IMG/VR virus record: IMGVR_UViG_3300037515_000879
Coordinates: 1-64,000 of that record
Source of the DNA: a virus
Taxonomy: Duplodnaviria; Caudoviricetes
DNA: 64,000 bases
Reading direction: 5' to 3' (one strand)
The notes below the pieces were generated by a model. The model had not been told where the DNA came from. It saw nothing but the letters and a program-made list of their open reading frames with translations, and made no database searches. Shown piece after piece: positions 55,147-64,000 of the stretch. Within the stretch, counting starts at the first letter, position 1; every line of letters begins with the position of its first letter. The position numbers were made by a program, and so were the translations under genes.

Positions 55147-58100
55147 TCAATAAAAACCATTGATAAGATTTTTTGTTGTTTGTAGTGCTGCAGGAACCAT
55201 TTTGCTTGTAAGTTTTGGGTAGTTCCAATAATAATTGGTATCCCAGAACAAATCATTGGCCGTATTGTTTTCCATCATTAAAGCAAGAATAGACGCCATT
55301 CCAACTCCTTTAAGTCCACTGTCAAGTCTTTGGCGCTGTTCTTCTGAAAGATTTTTTCTGTAATTGATAAAATCGTTTGGGTTGTTCATTACATAACGAA
55401 GCATTTTACCAACGGCAGTCAATGTTCCAATGGTTTCTTTGCCATAAATATTGACGTCTTCTTTAGCAAACCTGTCATGTACCATGGTTGGAATGAATCG
55501 ACTGAATTGTAACATTGCCGTTCCCCAGGAATATAGTTGAATAGCTCGTTGGTCTGTTGGTTGATATCCTCTACCATGGGATGATTTTACCCTATCTTCG
55601 AGTTCTACCAATTTTTCATTGGCAATTTGCATTTCTCCAGTTTTATAATTTCCATGATCATCAAATCTATCCAGTTCTTCTTCAGATAGTAGCCCTAACA
55701 TATGGACTCTTTGAATCCATTCTTCGGATTTTTTCATTGGCATTAAAGCCAAATCTGCAAATATGCTATCCAATCCATGTTTTTTTTCAATATTTACTTC
55801 ATCATAAACATTTATTTCCATAAAGTTTAAGTTGCGCAAAATTTTCTGCATGCGCTTATGTCTATCAATGACACCTTGAACCCCACCTTTAAATCCTTTA
55901 TCAAATCCCCAATACCTCAATTCTCCCTGGATCCATTTTTTCCCACCAAGATCTTTTACGTTATGATATTTGCCAGCAAGTATATTTCCAACGACATATA
56001 ATCCACCGGTTTTAACGTTGGCACTATATCCAAGAGCATAAAATAAATTCAGTCTTGTAAGTCCTAAAACGACCCTATCAGTGGTTTCTCCTAAAAACGA
56101 AGTCTGTCTTTTTCCTTTGCTGAAATAATCTTTCCAAACAGTTTTGATATGAATGTTCATTTGAGGAAGATTATTTTCTTCGTTCCATGCTAAAACTCCA
56201 TCAATATAGCCTTGTAGTTTTTGCATGCCTTGAAAATTTTTATTTCCATTGACAAAAAGACTGGAATGTATATAGTCTCCAAGAGCCTTGTTTAAATCCA
56301 TTGACGGCAGTTCTCTTGCTTTTATTGACCTATTGTTGGCAAATCTGTTGATTGCACCAAATCCCAACGCAGTTTCAACAAAAGGAGCGTCTAATAGGAT
56401 TTTACTTCCATCTTCATTTTTTCCTTCTTTTAAAAGCGTTTTGGCTTTGTTTCTATAATTTCTATATTCCTTTATTTTTTGAAGATCGTTTTTGAAACCT
56501 CTCGCAGATTGATATTTATAAAAATCCTCAATCTGTTTAAAGTTGACAAGCTCTCCATTGAATTTCATTTTTATGTCATATACTGCTTGGTCTGGATGTC
56601 TTGAGTTTACCATAAGTCCAAGAAGTCCACGATTTGAAAAAACTTCCAATTTTGTCATTGAGGTATGTGGAATATAATCTTTTTCCTCTTTTTTAATGTC
56701 ATCTGGTTTTAATTCTTCAGTTGTTTTTCTAAAGTAATCATAAAAATCTTTTTCGGCTTTTGATAAAAATCCGTTATTAAAAGCTTTTTCGATTTCATCT
56801 ATAGGACGTAATCTAAAATTTGTAATCAACCTACCTTGATCGTCCAGCCCTTCTTCTCTTATTACAAGATTTCCATATAATCTATCATAAATTTCCTGTC
56901 TGTTTGAAAATAGAGAATCTTTGATTCTTGATAATACATTTTTAAATGTTGTTGTTGCACCATAACCAAGTTTTTCTTTATAAAGGGCATCGGTTATTTT
57001 GTTCATGTCTTGAATATATTTTTTATTTTCATTGATAAATTTTTTGTATTCGATTTCCATCAATCTTGCCATGCCTTGACTTGCAGGATGATTTGACGGT
57101 ATCGTAGATCCAGACATCATATAGGCTTTTATTACATTAATATCTTCAACATTTTCTTTGGCAACAACTCCATTTTTTCTAAAAAGTTCTGATTGTCGAC
57201 TTGATAGATGTCTGACCAGTTGTTTGACAATAGGAGTAATAATTCCTGAATAAGCATAAACATCACGTTCTCCGAATGTTTTGTACATCTTAAGCAATTG
57301 TTCAGAGGTTTTGTTTTCAAGATTCTTTAAAACACCTTTATCTATTAGATTGTTTGCTTTTTGTTTTTCGGCAGTATATTGTTGGTACATATTCAGTCTT
57401 ATTGCCGGAGAAACGTATGGTTTGAATTCCATTGCCTTTTCATATTCAGATTGGTTCAATGGAATAATGCTTGTAAATTTATCAATATAAAAATCTTCTC
57501 TTGCATCAAGTCCTATTTCTTTTTCTTCGGCGTTTCTTCGAATTTTCGCCATGATTTCATCATAATTTATTGATGCTTCAACTAAATAATCTAAATATTC
57601 CTTATTTTTTCCTTCATCATAAACAGACCATGGTGTTCCAAGATTTTTATCCTGAATGGTTGAAAGATTGATATCCCCGTTTTCAATAAGATTATTTGGA
57701 ATTTCTTCAATCTTTGTTTTTGCTATCATAATGACACGTTCTTCTTTTTGTTTTAATGTTCGTTCAGAAGTAACTTGTGCTATTTCTTCAGGTGTAAAAT
57801 TTTTCATTTCATAAAGCCTTCGGTCTTTTCCTTTTATAACATTGATATAAACCGGTTGGCCTTTTGAGATTTTATCATATAGATTTTCATTTTTTAATAT
57901 TCTATCTATAACTCCTGATTTGTTGTTGAAATTAAGTTCTTTTTCAAGATATACTTTATGGAAAGGATTGTTTTGTTGCTTTGATGCTCTTAATGCAATA
58001 ATACGTTCAAGTTCATTTTCAACACTTGGAGAAAGGGCTGTATGTTTGTCCTGAACACTTACTGTTGAATAATGATTGATAAGCCAATTGGTTTCCTTTC

Positions 58101-61100
58101 CAAAAAAAGGAGCCAATGAAAACGGGCCTTTCCATCCATTTTTGATTAAATCATAAAGAATAAGGTCGTTCCTTAATTCTTCTGGAAGTTCCATAAATTC
58201 CTCTTGGGCTCGCTCCCTTTCAATTTCATTAAAACTGTCATTTACAAAAGAGGTGTTTGCTGATATGTATTTTTTTTGCTGTATAGGCCCATCAAGGTTG
58301 AGATCTAAAGCTTGTTGAAACAACACGCTATTGTTCAGCATTGTCCAATGTTGTTTTACGTCTTTTGAGTCTTCATTGATTTGGGTGCGCAGATAATCCA
58401 GATAAACATTCATTTTATTGAATATTGATTCTTTATTATTTGGATCTGTGCTCATTAAATTCTCAACATATTCAATAGGTTTATTGTTAAGGTTCAACAA
58501 TCTTGATGTTTTGAATTTTAAAATGTCTTTTGATATAGCTTCAATTTGAGTGGCTGACAAATCATTTCCTATTTTATCTGTTAATGATTTAAGAACTTTT
58601 TTGGTGGCATCAGTATAAACCGTATTAAGATCTATTTGCCCCTTTAATGTTTGTCTTGCCACGTAAATATAATGTTGCATATCTGGATTTGACCTGAATT
58701 CACTTGTTAATTCAAGTGTTTTATTTTCAGAATCATTTTTGATTACATTATCAAAATCATTGATTTGTTTTTCAAGAACCAATGGATTAACATGTATTTT
58801 GTTATGGCCGCCCATTATGGTTGATATTTTTTGGATTTCAGAATTCATGTCTGATAGGTAATCCAAAAGCTCTACAACAGATGATTGGTTTGGTCCAATA
58901 ATATGGATGTTTGATAATGAAATTTTTAAAGACTTAATTTTGTTTTCTTTTATTTTAAGCCTATTATAAATTTCTTCCTTAATTTTTGATTTTGTTTTGC
59001 TTTGATGATATAGACTACTATTGTTTCTATTGAGTTCGCTCCAAAGTTTTGCTGCTGGAGAATTTAATATCAATCCTACTTGTTCCAATGGTATTCCCAT
59101 GTTGATCATTAAAGCTGCTTGTGAAATGTTATATTCATTGAGCCCAAGATTATCGGCAAATAAATGTTTGGCATTATCAAGTATGATATTGGCTAGAATT
59201 GCAGATTGCATATTTCTACTTGCATTGCCTTTTTTATCATCATTGAACGTATCATAAACGACACCATCTATTTTAATTGGTTTTGTGATTTTAACATTGG
59301 TAGCGGCTAGAATATTTGCTATTTTATGGATATTAAAAACGGGACCTATACTTCTTTTTGAAACCATTGTATTATTATAGTCAATCATTCTTGCTTTTGG
59401 AGAAAATGGTATTGTATAATCTTTATTTGAAGGAAAAACTTTGTTTACATTTTCTATGATTTTTTCAGTTTCTTTTTCGAACAACATTTTGGTTGTAACT
59501 TGATCTGCCATTTCAGGAGAGAGCCAATAGTTTGCTATCAAATCAAAAGCTTGGTTCCATTTACCATAATCTTTATAGATTTTTATATTGGTGTTGGCCT
59601 TTGTTTGTATAAACAAAGCATCCCCATCATTGTCAGATCCTATGATTTCATTGAATTCTCCAGAAACCATTGTTTGGTTTCCTTGGCCTTGATCAAATCC
59701 TAAAACTTCAAACACTCCTGTTGAACTTGGTCCGTGTCCAGGAACGCGAGAAATTATAACACTATCGCCTTTGACATGATATCCAATATGGACATTGTTT
59801 TTGTCATATTCTTTTCCAATAAATTTTTCAGCATCTTTTCTATTGACATTATGGCGTTTTTGTGCAAGGTCTAAAGCTGCTTTTTTTAGATCAAGATGTA
59901 AATCCAAAATAAAATCTTCTCCTGATTTTGATTTTTGGCTTTTTGCCATACCAGCCTTTGCGTTTTTCATTGCAGCTTGTCCGGCCAAAGTGTTCATGGT
60001 CAACAATGTTCTGGCATTGGATTTATCTTCCATGTGTTTTGGAAGTATTATTTCTGCAGCAGTAAGGCTTCCATCACTGTTTTTTGTATAGCCCTTTAAC
60101 GCACTATTTCCTTTAGCTTGGGTTCTCCATCCCAAATCTGGTTTTTGGTGCGCATAAGTACCAGGGGTAACAAGTTTATTTCCGGCACGTCTTATGGTTT
60201 TGGCTAATTGATTTACGACGATTTCATTGATATATGGATGTGCTAAAGAACCATTGTCTTGAAGCATTATTCTTTGAGCTTGGTTCATGTCTTCATAATT
60301 CAGACCTTCCTTTATTATTTTTTCATAGTCTTCAATACTTCCTTCCTTGATTTGATCAAGTGTTTTTTGAAGATTGATTTTTTTCTGTTCGGCAATGAGG
60401 GATTGTATTTGATTGGCCAATTCAACCTTTCCATTTATTGAAGCGTTGACAATGACCGAATTAATCATTTGAACCGGTGTGTTTACGCGTTCATTTTTTT
60501 TGTCCATCAATTGTTGGGGACCGAAATTATAAGCATTAAGACCTAAAAAATTTCCTTTTTTATCATAATAAAGATTATCATAATAAGTCATTGCTTCGTC
60601 AATGTTTTCATTTAATGCTTCATGTGAAAAATTATGTTCATTGAATCCATCAGGTATTAAATTGGATTTATCGGATGATTGTGGAATAGCAATTGGAATA
60701 TGGTTAAATGTGCCATCTGTCAAATCTTCTGAAAGATTTGTTCCAAATTGATCTTGGTGCCATTTTTCATATTTTTCAGATCTTGCATTTAATATTTTAT
60801 AAAGAGGATGTGTTTTGCCAACTATTGTGGTATAGCCTTTTAAATAGGCTGTTTTACCTTTAAATTTAGGGTTGTCTTTTTCAACACTTGCATTTAAAAA
60901 CTTAAATCCACCGTTCATATCAAACAATCCCATTCCAAGACGTTGAAACATTTTAGCGTGTTTTTCCAAAATAAACATTCCAGAATCTGTTCCGGCTTTG
61001 CTTCCATTGATTATTTCGTCTTGAAAAAATATGGGCTCGATTTTAAGATTTGGATTTTTGACTGACATTACAGGAGAGGAATTCATTTTAAAACGTTTTG

Positions 61101-64000
61101 CAATATTTTTTCCTTCAATGCCAGGTGCAAACGTATCTATGATATTATATCCATTTACAATATTGTTTATGGTGTATTCCGCAATGGTTTCAACTCCTTC
61201 TTTTGTAAGTTTTCCTTTATTATCAAAAAGTGTTTTTGTCAATTCAATTTGCATCAATTCTTTTGCATTTTGTCTAACAAATAGTATTTGATTGTTCATG
61301 GCATCCCTGAAAGCATCCCTGAATTTTCTTTTGTTATTGGATGTTTCGTCAGCAAAGCTGTTATTATGGATATTGAATATACTATTGATGACCTCTCCAT
61401 TTGGATTGAATTGTATGTTTCCATTTTTATAAACAAAGACATCATTGAAATCAATGCGTTTCATGTTCATAAAGAATTTTCTTGGAGAATCAGCAAAGGT
61501 TCCAATATTGCCTAAATAACTATTAAGTTTGTTTCCTTTTGCACCTTTTGACGTTTGTAAAAATGTCAACATATCCTCAATGTTCTGTTCAAGTGCAGTA
61601 CTGTTTTTATAAAGGCTTCCTTTTTGATTGTCAATATCTTCCAATCCATGATATTGTGATATCGTTGGTAGTATTCCGTCTTGGAACTGTTCATAAATAT
61701 TTACAAGGAATTGATTTGGAACAAAAGATTTTCCAAGTTCTTTTTTGTTTGGATATGATATATGTGAAAATCTGTCCAAAAATTGTTCAAGTGTTGGTTT
61801 ACCATTTTCATTACCATGTAAAAACGATATGATATTATCGATTTCCTGTGTAAGATGATTGTTGGTAATTCTTACCGGTTCCATGTTCTGTTCTGCGTTT
61901 TTAACTGAACTGAAAGGAGAATATTTTCTATTTGTGTTTACTAATGCCTCTATAAGTGGTCTAGCGTTTGCATAAAACACCTGTATTGAGTTTTTATCCA
62001 AACTTCCGTCTTCATTTCTATTAAAGGCGATATCCCCTTTTTTGGTTTTATTGAACAATAACTGTTTGTTGATAAATCCTTTTATTAAGGTTTCGATTGG
62101 GATATTGATGCCTTTATAAGTAATATAACCATCTTGCTGAAGTTTATGCAATTTCAAATTTCTTGGGGCCAACATTTGCACGACACGCATGATGTCTTTT
62201 GATTCTGGTGCTGTGGAATTATAGATTCTGTTTACGGCGGCTTCAAAATTTTTCCATTCAGTTCCAGCATTTCTGTTAGTAAAGGCATATTTCATTCTGG
62301 AAAGAACGTTTTCAACAAGAGTTCTATCTTTATTTGAAAGTGAATTTACAAATTCATGCTTTCCATTATTGTTAATGGTATTTCTAAACCCAACAATGTG
62401 TTTGGCGTTTGAAAGTACATAGTGCATAGATCCCAATAATTGATATTTGTTGTTTGGAAACATTTTGTCCAAATATCTATTGAAAGCCTGTATTTCTTCA
62501 TAAGCAGAATTTTCTATTTGGAATATAAATTCATCTGGAGTATTGTTTTCTTTTGCCAAACCATAAATTTCGGATTCAAACAATTCTCTGTCAAATAATT
62601 TGAATTTGGCTCTATTGGTTACACTGTCCTTGGTTTCTATAAGATTTTTGGTACGCAATGTTTTATTGTAAACAATACCAAATCGTCTCAAAACTCTTGA
62701 TGTCGTTTTGACTTTACTGTCAAAATCTTTATCAAAAAACATTTGTCCGTCATTTTCAAGAGCATCATCAACAGCATCAAGTCTATCAATTTCCTCGATT
62801 TCTGAATTGAAGGATTCAGGAACAGGATTGTCTATTTGTTGAAGTCTTTTGATATGGATTTTTTCAACTTCCTGACGATATTGGTCATCAAGTTCTTCTG
62901 TTCTGGCATCCATTCCAAATCCCGACATATTTACATTTTTGGTTGCTTTTTTGAATTGATCGAGAACAAAGCTTCTTAAATCTCCTTGAGGTACGTTTTC
63001 TTCACCGTGCAATTGTTTGAGTATTTTTTCAGAACCATTGCCTTCTTCAATTATAGCTCCTTTTTGGCGCAATAATCCCCACCATTTTTTTACTTCTTTT
63101 TGTCTGATGATTTCTTTTCTGGCATTGAAAAGAGAATCTGTCGTTGACGTTAAAGGCTTTTCGAGATATTCGACGAAAATTTCTTCCAAGATGTATTTCT
63201 GTTGTGCAAATGGCATTTTTTTGACATCACCTTCAGATATCATTTTTTCCAAAAATCCTTCAAGTTGATTTAGGTCAGCGCCTTCTTGTGCAAAATAATT
63301 TAGTAATTGTGATTTCGTAACAGGAATTGAACCATTCGGAACCTTTAATTCATATAACGTATAATCATCATATAATTTTGATATTTTATCAACAAGCTCT
63401 TTATTTTTTAAAGCTTCGTTTAAAGCGTTTTGTGTGCCTGGTTCATTTTGGGTCAATTGATAAAAAACATGAGACATTTCATGCATAAATATATTTTCCT
63501 GTTCCCAAGCTTTTTCATCAATATATATTGTTCCCAAAAGCGTATGCCCAAGACCTTGTGATCCCATTGCTTCATATAGATTTTTTACAATAATAACTTG
63601 TATTGGATCGTTCATATTGGGAAACATTCTTTTCAATTGGTGGTTTATTACCGCCATTTTATGAATGTTGTTTGGACCATATATGTTTTGAAGTGATGAT
63701 GAATTTAAATAATTGTCAAGTTCATTTGGAGATATTGTTTCTCTATCTTTAATGGTTTTGCTTTTATTGAGCTTTTTGATAAAGTCTTGAGCTTTTTTAT
63801 AGGATAGGATATTTATTTTTGAAATATTTATTCCTTTTTGTCTTTTATCAAAACCGGCCTTTTTTTCGGTATCTTCAAAGTGTTCAGGTTTTGCATTGAA
63901 TTTTTTGGCAGCCTCTTCATTTTTTTCTTTTTCGCCCTCTTCAATGGTTTTTCCTTTTTTTGTTTTGGTTGCTTCTTCTTTAATAAATTCAGATTCTTCC
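55147..64000 (-). CDS. Virion-packaged single-chain DdRP (crAss-like RNAP) polyprotein, 5'-partial
   Basis: SRVPGHG and GSDNDGDALF (two-barrel DxDGD) motifs; N-terminal HEMSH zincin motif. The frame stays open for 114 codons upstream of the ATG at 63657, to the window edge. Confidence 0.88.
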   Translation of the reverse strand, partial: EESEFIKEEATKTKKGKTIEEGEKEKNEEAAKKFNAKPEHFEDTEKKAGFDKRQKGINISKINILSYKKAQDFIKKLNKSKTIKDRETISPNELDNYLNSSSLQNIYGPNNIHKMAVINHQLKRMFPNMNDPIQVIIVKNLYEAMGSQGLGHTLLGTIYIDEKAWEQENIFMHEMSHVFYQLTQNEPGTQNALNEALKNKELVDKISKLYDDYTLYELKVPNGSIPVTKSQLLNYFAQEGADLNQLEGFLEKMISEGDVKKMPFAQQKYILEEIFVEYLEKPLTSTTDSLFNARKEIIRQKEVKKWWGLLRQKGAIIEEGNGSEKILKQLHGEENVPQGDLRSFVLDQFKKATKNVNMSGFGMDARTEELDDQYRQEVEKIHIKRLQQIDNPVPESFNSEIEEIDRLDAVDDALENDGQMFFDKDFDSKVKTTSRVLRRFGIVYNKTLRTKNLIETKDSVTNRAKFKLFDRELFESEIYGLAKENNTPDEFIFQIENSAYEEIQAFNRYLDKMFPNNKYQLLGSMHYVLSNAKHIVGFRNTINNNGKHEFVNSLSNKDRTLVENVLSRMKYAFTNRNAGTEWKNFEAAVNRIYNSTAPESKDIMRVVQMLAPRNLKLHKLQQDGYITYKGINIPIETLIKGFINKQLLFNKTKKGDIAFNRNEDGSLDKNSIQVFYANARPLIEALVNTNRKYSPFSSVKNAEQNMEPVRITNNHLTQEIDNIISFLHGNENGKPTLEQFLDRFSHISYPNKKELGKSFVPNQFLVNIYEQFQDGILPTISQYHGLEDIDNQKGSLYKNSTALEQNIEDMLTFLQTSKGAKGNKLNSYLGNIGTFADSPRKFFMNMKRIDFNDVFVYKNGNIQFNPNGEVINSIFNIHNNSFADETSNNKRKFRDAFRDAMNNQILFVRQNAKELMQIELTKTLFDNKGKLTKEGVETIAEYTINNIVNGYNIIDTFAPGIEGKNIAKRFKMNSSPVMSVKNPNLKIEPIFFQDEIINGSKAGTDSGMFILEKHAKMFQRLGMGLFDMNGGFKFLNASVEKDNPKFKGKTAYLKGYTTIVGKTHPLYKILNARSEKYEKWHQDQFGTNLSEDLTDGTFNHIPIAIPQSSDKSNLIPDGFNEHNFSHEALNENIDEAMTYYDNLYYDKKGNFLGLNAYNFGPQQLMDKKNERVNTPVQMINSVIVNASINGKVELANQIQSLIAEQKKINLQKTLDQIKEGSIEDYEKIIKEGLNYEDMNQAQRIMLQDNGSLAHPYINEIVVNQLAKTIRRAGNKLVTPGTYAHQKPDLGWRTQAKGNSALKGYTKNSDGSLTAAEIILPKHMEDKSNARTLLTMNTLAGQAAMKNAKAGMAKSQKSKSGEDFILDLHLDLKKAALDLAQKRHNVNRKDAEKFIGKEYDKNNVHIGYHVKGDSVIISRVPGHGPSSTGVFEVLGFDQGQGNQTMVSGEFNEIIGSDNDGDALFIQTKANTNIKIYKDYGKWNQAFDLIANYWLSPEMADQVTTKMLFEKETEKIIENVNKVFPSNKDYTIPFSPKARMIDYNNTMVSKRSIGPVFNIHKIANILAATNVKITKPIKIDGVVYDTFNDDKKGNASRNMQSAILANIILDNAKHLFADNLGLNEYNISQAALMINMGIPLEQVGLILNSPAAKLWSELNRNNSSLYHQSKTKSKIKEEIYNRLKIKENKIKSLKISLSNIHIIGPNQSSVVELLDYLSDMNSEIQKISTIMGGHNKIHVNPLVLEKQINDFDNVIKNDSENKTLELTSEFRSNPDMQHYIYVARQTLKGQIDLNTVYTDATKKVLKSLTDKIGNDLSATQIEAISKDILKFKTSRLLNLNNKPIEYVENLMSTDPNNKESIFNKMNVYLDYLRTQINEDSKDVKQHWTMLNNSVLFQQALDLNLDGPIQQKKYISANTSFVNDSFNEIERERAQEEFMELPEELRNDLILYDLIKNGWKGPFSLAPFFGKETNWLINHYSTVSVQDKHTALSPSVENELERIIALRASKQQNNPFHKVYLEKELNFNNKSGVIDRILKNENLYDKISKGQPVYINVIKGKDRRLYEMKNFTPEEIAQVTSERTLKQKEERVIMIAKTKIEEIPNNLIENGDINLSTIQDKNLGTPWSVYDEGKNKEYLDYLVEASINYDEIMAKIRRNAEEKEIGLDAREDFYIDKFTSIIPLNQSEYEKAMEFKPYVSPAIRLNMYQQYTAEKQKANNLIDKGVLKNLENKTSEQLLKMYKTFGERDVYAYSGIITPIVKQLVRHLSSRQSELFRKNGVVAKENVEDINVIKAYMMSGSTIPSNHPASQGMARLMEIEYKKFINENKKYIQDMNKITDALYKEKLGYGATTTFKNVLSRIKDSLFSNRQEIYDRLYGNLVIREEGLDDQGRLITNFRLRPIDEIEKAFNNGFLSKAEKDFYDYFRKTTEELKPDDIKKEEKDYIPHTSMTKLEVFSNRGLLGLMVNSRHPDQAVYDIKMKFNGELVNFKQIEDFYKYQSARGFKNDLQKIKEYRNYRNKAKTLLKEGKNEDGSKILLDAPFVETALGFGAINRFANNRSIKARELPSMDLNKALGDYIHSSLFVNGNKNFQGMQKLQGYIDGVLAWNEENNLPQMNIHIKTVWKDYFSKGKRQTSFLGETTDRVVLGLTRLNLFYALGYSANVKTGGLYVVGNILAGKYHNVKDLGGKKWIQGELRYWGFDKGFKGGVQGVIDRHKRMQKILRNLNFMEINVYDEVNIEKKHGLDSIFADLALMPMKKSEEWIQRVHMLGLLSEEELDRFDDHGNYKTGEMQIANEKLVELEDRVKSSHGRGYQPTDQRAIQLYSWGTAMLQFSRFIPTMVHDRFAKEDVNIYGKETIGTLTAVGKMLRYVMNNPNDFINYRKNLSEEQRQRLDSGLKGVGMASILALMMENNTANDLFWDTNYYWNYPKLTSKMVPAALQTTKNLINGFY

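Noticed and set aside
1634-63268. Many opposite-strand or nested ORFs in the track (for example 1634-1906, 9142-9540, 19158-19568, 44322-44867)
   Set aside because: They are shadows of strongly supported genes, with Ser/Phe/Leu-rich antisense composition and no motifs.
1-64000. Stop-codon reassignment (TAG or TGA), known in some Crassvirales
   Set aside because: Core genes, including the 8.8-kb RNAP frame, are intact under code 11, and TAG/TGA are used as real stops.
1-64000. tRNA or rRNA genes
   Set aside because: No cloverleaf with a TTCRA T-loop in intergenic DNA was found by eye; tRNAscan-SE or ARAGORN would be decisive.
1-64000. Prophage or integrase-based lifestyle
   Set aside because: No integrase, repressor-cro pair or host genes appear in the window; this cannot be excluded for the rest of the genome.

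Overview
This window is a large part of a lytic crAss-like (Crassvirales-type) phage genome, read with the standard genetic code. The host is probably Bacteroidota/Flavobacteriia, inferred from recurring TAnnTTTG -7 promoter boxes, A-rich Shine-Dalgarno-less starts and a Bacteroidota-type lipoprotein signal. Positions 1-32.2 kb run on the minus strand and hold tail fibres/spikes, ring proteins, major capsid, scaffold-like protein, portal, terminase, KTSC, GroEL and GroES, Dam and small genes. A strand switch near 32.3 kb carries a C7/G7 hairpin and a palindrome/direct-repeat cluster. Positions 32.4-54.7 kb run mostly on the plus strand: small early and anti-defence-type genes (RadC, ArdC, an OMP barrel, a CAP domain), then a replication/recombination block (DnaB, HU/IHF, SSB-like, NinB-like, SF1 helicase, 5'-3' exonuclease) with no recognisable DNA polymerase or primase. 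From 55.1 kb to the window end is a minus-strand virion RNA polymerase polyprotein whose frame stays open past position 64000. The main discoveries are: (1) an integron-like array of attC-type hairpin sites at 38.47-39.74 kb whose cassette ends are mutually complementary, including one site that is translated and fuses two modules into one protein; (2) a probable programmed -1 frameshift that adds a DEDDLPF tail to the SSB-like protein; (3) a 17-bp palindromic operator overlapping three promoters with identical geometry. All family assignments come from motif recognition by eye, not database searches.
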